From positions 50,592,001 to 50,656,000 of the forward strand of contig OX597825.1 of assembly GCA_951406725.2 (NCBI GenBank): a stretch of DNA of 64,000 bases, given 5' to 3'. The notes below the pieces were generated by a model. That model had not been told where the DNA came from. It did no database searches and saw only the letters and a program-made list of their open reading frames with translations. Made by a program: the position numbers and the translations under genes. Numbering within the stretch: the first letter of the stretch is position 1; each line of letters begins with the position of its first letter. The stretch is from Octopus vulgaris (taxonomy: Eukaryota). This document shows, one piece after another, positions 56,190 through 64,000 of this stretch.

Positions 56190-56725
56190 ATAAACAAGGG
56201 TACAAATACAAATACCCATTGCTAGAAATAGGAGTAAAAAATGACTCGAATTGCTACATAAAGCACAAACCTCATGAGGTACTATTTGTACCTTTGCTTA
56301 TTAATTTACCTTTAGGTTTTAATTGCTTACAGGTCACCTATATTATAATATATTTAATATTTTATATTTTGATTATTCTATACACTTTGACCTTTTCGAG
56401 AAAAAGAGAGAGTTGCACAAAGCAAGCTATCCTTTTAATCCGGAGTATCGCTAAGATCCACTGATGAGAATAAAGGTAAAAACTATCAGAGTTCGAAATA
56501 ACACAATATGGAAATATCAGTTTACTTCATTTTGTGAGTTTATCTCACCATAGAAAGGTGCTTTTGCTTGCTCCCTCGCTTTTCGTTCACTCAAGAGGTT
56601 AGTGCTTAGTGTGGCTATTCGAGTCATTTTGACTCTTATTTCTAGCAATGCTGGCACTATTTGTACCTTTATTTATTAATCTACCGTTAGGTTTTACTTG
56701 CTAACGGGACACCTGTATTATAATA
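56190..56725 (+). mobile_element. Retrozyme/pLTR-like 375-nt partial tandem unit with inverted 5' piece
   Basis: Direct repeats 56278-56350 / 56653-56725; inverted repeat 56190-56277 / 56591-56676; central HHR. Confidence 0.7.
56457..56512 (+). ncRNA. Type I hammerhead ribozyme, canonical core
   Basis: UCCA-CUGAUGA-GAAU(AAA)GGUA(AAAAC)UAUC(AGA)GUUC-GAAA-U(AACACA)A-UA^UGGA. Confidence 0.75.
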
Positions 56726-57330
56726 CATGTAGTATATCTTTAATATATTAGTATATTATCTTTTTGTATACATATATATTATAATTATTATATACATAAT
56801 TATAACTAGGGATAATTATAACAAGCGTCTTTTGGCGTCTATTTTAAGCGCGTGGAGAGGCTTATAGTCAATAACTTGTTATAATTATGTATATAATTAT
56901 TATAATATTTGTAAAACACCATCTCTCCATGATTTCCTTTCTTCTCTATCTATCTGTTTACCTCTCTTTCTTTCTCACTCTCTTCCTTTTCCCCTTTCTC
57001 TCTCTTTCTTTTTTATCTCCTCCATCTTTCTCTCTTTGTCTCTCTTTCTTTCTTTCTGTCCCTCTTTTCCTCACTAAAAGAACACACACACACATCAAAC
57101 GTTACATTTCTGTCAAAATACCGAAGCAAGAATAAAAGAACACACACACATATATATATTCATGTTCCAGTTATTTTATAGCGTGAGTATCCTCTCTTTC
57201 TCTATCTTTATCTGTCTATCTCTATCACTCTACCTCTCTATTTTCTCACTCTTTCATTCTCTCTCTCTCTTCCTTCCTGTCTTTCTTTCTCTTTATGTCT
57301 TTCTCCTTCCGTCGTCTATCACTTTCCTTC

Positions 57331-57367
<37 letters not shown>

Positions 57368-57454
57368 TCCCTCCCTCTCTCCCTCTCTCTCTCTCTGTTT
57401 GTCGTCTCTCGCTCTCTCTGTTCCCCTCTCTCTCTTCCTGTCATTCACTCTCTG

Positions 57455-58629
57455 AACATTACTTCCCAGGAGGTTGGACTGCCCATTCAACATTCAAGTT
57501 ACCTTTAGATTTATCTAACAAACAAGATCCAGTTTGTAACGTATCTAAAAATTCTGCAATGAGTGAACTAATACAAAGATGTCACTTAATTGACTGGGAC
57601 GAATGTACCATGTCCCACTAAAAGGCTTTTGAAGCTGTGACAGAACATTACGAGACATTAGAAATTGCAATGGGAAATGTCACAGTATTATTGTCAGGAG
57701 ATTTCCGACAAACACTACCAGTTGTTCCTAGAGGAACAAAAGTGGATGATCTCAATGCTTCAATGAAGTCTTCTGTATTATGGCATCACGTGAAAACACT
57801 TCAGCTTTCAAAAAATATGAGATTGAGATTTTCAAGATATCAATCAGCTGAACTATTTGCAGAGCATCCTTTAAAACTCGGTGAAGGGAGAATTCCAATT
57901 AATGAAGAACTGTTTCTTACACTCAACCCCATATGTAATTCAACTCATTCTATCGATGATTTGGATGAAACCTTTCCTAATCTTCTTCATAATTGCAACA
58001 ATAAAGATTGGATCTGTGAGCGTGTTATCCTGGCTCCAAAAAAATGTTGCAGTACATAGCATTAATAATATGCTATTGAATAAGCTTCAGGAAGAAATAT
58101 TCACTTACTCAATTGACAGTGTTGTTGATGATCAGGATAGTGTTAACTATCCTATCGAATTTTTGAACTCACTAGGACCACCAGGTACAGCTCCTCGTTG
58201 TCTTCAGTTGAAAAAGGGACTCCTATTATCCTATTGTGTAATTTGTCTCAACCAAATTTATTTAATAGGATAAGATGAATTGTGCACAAACTTATGAGGA
58301 ACTACATTGAGGTAAATATTCTCACAGGTTGTGGTAAAGGTGACACCGTCTTCATTTCTTGAATACCAGTTATTCCATCTAATGTCACATTCCAATTTAA
58401 AAGGTTACAGTTTCTTATCCGAGTTTCTTTTGTCATGAGCATTAATAAAAGTCAGGGCCAAACACTAAAAGTTGCTGGATTGCAACTTCAAGAACCATGC
58501 TTTTCATATGGCCAACATTATGTAGGAGCATCACGTGTGGGAGCAAAAGCTAATCTTTTTGATTATGCACCCCGAAATATAACAAAAGATATTGTTTATA
58601 AAGAAATATTCACTCTTAATGCAACATGA
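57455..58629 (+). pseudogene. Helitron PIF1-family helicase fragment
   Basis: LPGGWTAHSTFKLP, WDECTMSH, LLSGDFRQTLPVV, ILAPK, YPIEFLNS, MSINKSQGQTL and GQHYVGASRV, with stops and frameshifts. Confidence 0.9.
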
Positions 58630-58713
58630 ATAATTCAATAACTTAATTTTCCAATGCTATCATTACATTCAAGAATGACTAAATTACCTATTTCAATGAA
58701 CTGCATTATATTC

Positions 58714-59560
58714 CATGGAAAAATGCGAGCAAGAGAAATAATATTCTTAAGATTATAAATATGGAAAATTACAGGAGAAGTTAATACACTTGGAAAAGTT
58801 CAGAACCACTTATTACATCAGGTAAAGTACGGAACATGGACATTTTCACTTAAAATATTGCAGCTAAGGATAAAATTTCGAATAAAATATTTAGATTTAG
58901 AAAATATTAGCTTTTATTAAAACTAAAAATTCTATTACAAGATATTACTTCTCTTTATTATTACTTGTTACTGCTATCAAATATAAAAATTGACTCCATT
59001 AAAACATTTTTTGCACTTTAAAAAAAATTCTTTTTTTTATTATTAATTAACAATCGGAAATTTGAAAATAAGTCGTTTATAATTAGTTAGTACAATAAAT
59101 AAAACAATACAAAAATTAGCTATATATTACAGTCAAATCTACCTATAACAAAAACTTCACAGTAAAATTTGCTTTAGTTATTGCCAAGTCTTCACATTTT
59201 TAGTCTTGAGTCGATGCCTATTTTTTACATAATGAATTTGCTTACCATATATACTATTATGCTTTGCATAAAACTTTAGCTATATTGGCTCTCATGTTTT
59301 AAGTATTCTGGTGTGTTGATATTTTAGCAAAATGATGGTATCATTTTAATTATAATGCTACTTTGTAAATTAAAATCAAATAATCTTTAATATTCAAATT
59401 TTACCCTTAGCTGCAATATTTTGAGTAAACCTTTTCTTATTCTGTACTTTACCAGATGTAATAACTTGTCCTGAACTTTTCCAAGTGTAATAACTTGCCC
59501 TGTAATTTTCCAGGTTTATAATCTAAAGAATATTATTTCTCTTGCTCGCATTTTTCCATG
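58714..59560. mobile_element. Element with ~170-bp terminal inverted repeats, inserted in the Helitron 3' region
   Basis: 58714-58883 is the reverse complement of 59391-59560 (CATGGAAAAATGCGAGCAAGAGAAATAATATTC...). Confidence 0.8.
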
Positions 59561-60384
59561 TAATCCATATTTTTTCCAGGCTATGGTATTATGCTAATTA
59601 ATAATGATGTGTCAAATGTATCAATTAGCGGTGTCGTTGATAATCTTTTCCTTACCTCAATGACGCCGGTGACATATATTAATGTCCTTATAGAACTATA
59701 TTCATAAAAAAGTATAGAACTATATTATGGCCCTCATATTTGAGAAACAAACACTCATAACTTTTTCCTTTAAAGTTTCATTGCATGAGATTGATACCAT
59801 GAAATTCTTCGAATTGAGCTCTATCATTTAATTTTTGTTAAAATATAGTCCGTTTTTAAAATTAAAAAAAGTTGATTATGGTTATATATTTTTTCGTGAT
59901 ATTTTACATCACAACATTTTTTATATAAATTTTTGTTGCATGGGACCAAAACTAGAAACTTCTTCATGCTTTCTTCAACCATTGAAGCTAAGATAAATAT
60001 ATTTTGCTTTTAAAATAAAAAAGTTATTTAGATCTAAACTTGATTGGTGGCGTTACTTACTCTCCTATAACGCTGCTACAAAATTTGATGTAAACTTTTT
60101 TTCTACTGGTCGAAATCTCAATGTTTTAATGCAAAAATATAGCTAGGGACCATTCCTCTTCAAAAATGACAACAGTTTTCAATTTGATTGATAATTGAAT
60201 AAGCTACAAGCTCTTAAAGATGCTGCGTGTGAGTAAATTGCAGCCTTAAGAATATTATTCAACTATTACCGTAGTTGAAGGATAATTGACATTACAGTAT
60301 TGATAATTAAATTAAAAAATAAAACTAACTATTATCATATAATAAACAAACAGAAGTTCATCTCTTTTCTACTTCAATTATTAA

Positions 60385-61180
60385 ATGAGATGGACGCTTT
60401 CAAGAGATCAGTCAGCTGAACTATTTGCAGAACAGCTTTTGAAACTCGGTGAAGGGAGAGTTCCGATTGATGAAGAACAGCTTCTTACACTCAATGCAAT
60501 ATATAATTCAGCTGATTCCGTCGATCATTTGATGTATGAAACCTTTCCTAATCTTCTTCCTAATTACAACAATACAGATTACATCGGTGACAGAGCTATC
60601 CTGACTAAAAGAATATTCCCCTACATACCATTAATAATATATTATTGAATAAACTTCCAAAAGTATTCACTTATAGCTCAATTGACAATGTTATTGATGA
60701 TCACGATAATGTCAACTACCCTATCGAATTCACTACAACCACCAGGTACAGCTCCTCATTGTCTTATGTTGAAAAAAGGGACTCCTATTATGCTATTACA
60801 TATTTTGTTTGAATCAAAATTAATCAAGATATTTTGTCTGAATTAAAATTAAACATGATTAATTGTGTACAAACTTCATTGATTCAAACATTCCCACTCT
60901 TTGTAGTAAAGGCTTATGTACCCCGAAATAAAACAAAAAACATTGTTCATAAAGAAATATTCATTCTTAATGCAGCATAAATACTTCAGTAACTTCATTT
61001 ACCATTACTATCATTACATTCAAGAATGACTAAATTATCTATTTAAATGAACTGTATTGGATAATAGTCATTATTGTATTGATAAATAAAATAACACATA
61101 CAACTAACTTATTATCATGTAATAAACAAACAAAATATCATGTATGAAAATAATCTTGTTTCTACTTTTCTACAATTATT
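60385..61180 (+). mobile_element. Second, partially deleted copy of the Helitron helicase 3' region
   Basis: SRDQSAELFAEQLLKLGEGR...ETFPNLL matches 57815-58000; the 3' flank matches 58560-58710 plus 60280-60385. Confidence 0.85.
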
Positions 61181-62376
61181 ACATGTTTTTCTCTTATAAA
61201 TATATATCATTGCCGTTGCTGCATGGATAAATAAAAAAAATACATACAACCCACTTATTGTCATATCATAAACAAACACAAGATCATGTATGATATTGAT
61301 CTTTCTTCTACTTCAATTATTACATCGTTTTCTCTTCCAAACATATACACATACAGGAGGAGTAAGTTATACATACAATAATACATTCAACGTGGTTCCC
61401 GATAAACAGTATATATATATATATATATATAAGGTCTAATATCTAGTCTTATCAGTTTAATATATATATATGCATATATATATATATATGTATATTAATA
61501 TCATCTTAGTACTAACCCCATCACCTACATTTGAAATTCCCCTGCTGTAATCAGCTACCAAATGCTATCACACTGTAGGAATAATTTTTTTGCTGGATTT
61601 AACGTGGAAAACTGTCAATGTACGTAGCATTCTTACAAAATGATTTATATTACAAGATGAAATGATCAGGCTATAATCCAGATCACAACAATTGTTTCTG
61701 TTGCTAAATTTCCCATACTTTACACATTATTATATAAATATGATCCAACAATTGCTGTGTACTTTCACGTCATCGGGTGAGTGGTTTTGAGAGCACTTCC
61801 GGATCATCTATAGTTTCCCATTGTTTTATACCCATTTTCTTATTTTAGCATTCCCTTGATAAAGAGTAACACGTAATTTAAATAGACATAATTCAAAGTA
61901 TACCAAATAAATTATTAGAAATAAATAGATCAAAATTATTCAATGGAAATAAAAGCATCAAAATTATAAAATATAACTTAACAAAACTTCAAACTCGTTT
62001 TTTTCTTTAGCATAAACAGATCTCACATTTTAAGAGTTGCTTTATAAAGATAGATTAACATCTTAAAATATTAATGTTGCCAAAATATAAACTAACAGAA
62101 ATCCTTATCTCTTTTGTCTGTAAGCGTTTTCCATCAATGGACGCGTGGTCAACTTATTGCTCTAGCGGGATACCAAATTATCTGTCAGTTTGCTCATGAG
62201 ATTAATTTTAATTTTAAGTGCCCTTGGTTGCCCTCACAGTCATTAATAGATGCTATCAAGCAGGAAGAATTTATTCGCCTGCACTCTTATACACATATGT
62301 TCATAGAGATGTTTCTATCTATCTATCTATCTATCCAACCATCCATCCATTCCTCCATCCATCTATCTATCACCAT

Positions 62377-62453
<77 letters not shown>

Positions 62454-62546
62454 AACAAACACACACCAAATGGTGTGTTTTTATTATTGCATATTTAAAC
62501 GTAGCACAACCATAAGACGAAAAGTACAGTTACTTGTCTGTCAATG

Positions 62547-62594
<48 letters not shown>

Positions 62595-62607
62595 ATATGT
62601 ATATATA

Positions 62608-62682
<75 letters not shown>

Positions 62683-62803
62683 TATATATATATAAATGGA
62701 ACAAAACGCAATTATAACGTTCAGACAGATAGACGATACAAAGCCGGACAAGAGAAACAGCAATTAGAAGGACAGGCAAAAGAAAAAAAAACGGGTCATT
62801 CTT

Positions 62804-62868
62804 GACTTTCTTTCGTCAGTCAAGTCCCAGAAGTCACGACCATTCCGGGTCGTGACACTTGAGATGGT
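62804..62868 (-). ncRNA. Rearranged hammerhead motif in a non-coding repeat (~62695-63110)
   Basis: ACCA-UC^UCAAGU ... GGAA-UGGU ... ACUUGA-CUGACGA: perfect 6-bp stem I and 5-bp stem III. Confidence 0.55.
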
Positions 62869-63174
62869 TCGATCTGGTTACCCCCAAAAAGTCTAAGCTA
62901 AGAGCATTAGACCCCTTGTAAGAAAGCTAGTGAATGTGTACGGCAACAAAGACAAACAAAAAACGGAGAACAGGGTACACAATTACGAATACAAACAACA
63001 AGAAATAACAACAGTTGTCTTTCGAGTGAGAACGAATCAAATTGAGCTGATGTGTATGAAGTGAAAGCCTAAAGACAGGAACATATATACATTAAATGTG
63101 ACACATACATGGCTGTTATAATTTAACACAGTTGCAATATCCTGCTCAGGATTTGTAGCAATTCATATATATTT

Positions 63175-63585
63175 TATGTTTTACTTGTCACAGTCATTAC
63201 ACAGCGGACATGCTGGGGCACCACCTTATAGAATTTTCAGTCGAATGTATCGACCCACAGCATTTATTTTTTAAGCCTGATAATTATTGTATCAATTTCT
63301 TTGGCCGAACCCCTACGTTACGGAGACGTAAACACACCAGCGCCTATTGTCAAGCGGTGGTGGAGGACAAACACACTCACGTACGCGCGCGCGCATACAC
63401 ACACACAGATATACATACCTATATATGACAAGCTTCTTTCAGTTTCCGTCAACTAAAACCACTCACAAGGTTTTGCTTGACTCGAGGCTATAGTAGAAGA
63501 CACTTGTCCAAAGTGCAACGCAGTGGAACTGACCCTTGAACCATGTGGTTAGGAAGCTAGCTTCTTACCACACAGCCACGCCTGT
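63175..63585 (-). mobile_element. SINE family A
   Basis: Reverse complement of the family A sequence. Confidence 0.8.
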
Positions 63586-63610
63586 ATGTATGTGTGTATG
63601 TGTGTTTGCG

Positions 63611-63641
<31 letters not shown>

Positions 63642-63726
63642 GAAATTTACAGAAAAACAAAAGACGAAGACAGCTGTATAAACAACAAGCAGATGTATTA
63701 GTTTAACACTCGGGAGGTGAGTAAGT

Positions 63727-63762
63727 CTTGTACGCTTCGAGCCTACGCTCTTCAACAGAATG
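63727..63762 (-). ncRNA. Second, decayed copy of the minimal HHR at 56072
   Basis: CAUU-CUGUUGAA-GAGC(GUAG)GCUC-GAAG-CG-UA^CAAG. Confidence 0.45.
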
Positions 63763-64000
63763 GGACACGAGGAAATAAACAGAGAGAGAATTAAAAAAAA
63801 AAAACTTTTGGCGGTCAATCATGGTGGCTGGCTGGACAAGGGTAGTTTGAGAGGAGAGCTAGGAAGAAGGGGAGATAATACAGTATTGGTAATCCCAAAA
63901 CAACGGTGCGCATGCATATGTGAGAGTGTGTAAGTGTGTACATGTGGATAGGAGCTGGTGATTTTGACGTGTGGATGTGTGCGTGTGTAAGTGTGCGCGT

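Overview
AT-rich, microsatellite-dense eukaryotic DNA that is almost entirely repeat-derived. The SINE families and repeat landscape look like an octopus (cephalopod) genome, but this is an inference. Nearly all ORFs in the track are microsatellite artefacts. Recognisable elements: a 5'-truncated Penelope-like element (RT plus GIY-YIG) with 344-bp inverted pseudo-LTRs; a second Penelope-like fragment; decayed L1/Tx1, R4/Dong, HERO-like and RTE-like LINE relics; a full-length DD34D mariner nested in a SINE; MITEs/foldbacks; a ~3-kb non-autonomous Helitron; a duplicated PIF1-helicase Helitron relic; and many tRNA-derived SINEs. No intact host gene is certain; a few candidate exons are flagged at low confidence. 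The most interesting signal is a set of hammerhead ribozyme (HHR) motifs in several unrelated repeats. (i) Minimal type I HHRs occur in the Penelope pLTR, in a 375-nt retrozyme-like unit and in a two-copy dispersed repeat. (ii) In three apparently unrelated repeat families the HHR parts occur in a rearranged order, [III'-UH-I]...[GAAA-III]...[I'-CUGANGA], which is not any circular permutation (type I/II/III) and needs a pseudoknotted or dimeric fold. All folds were derived by eye, most copies carry mutations, and activity is untested.
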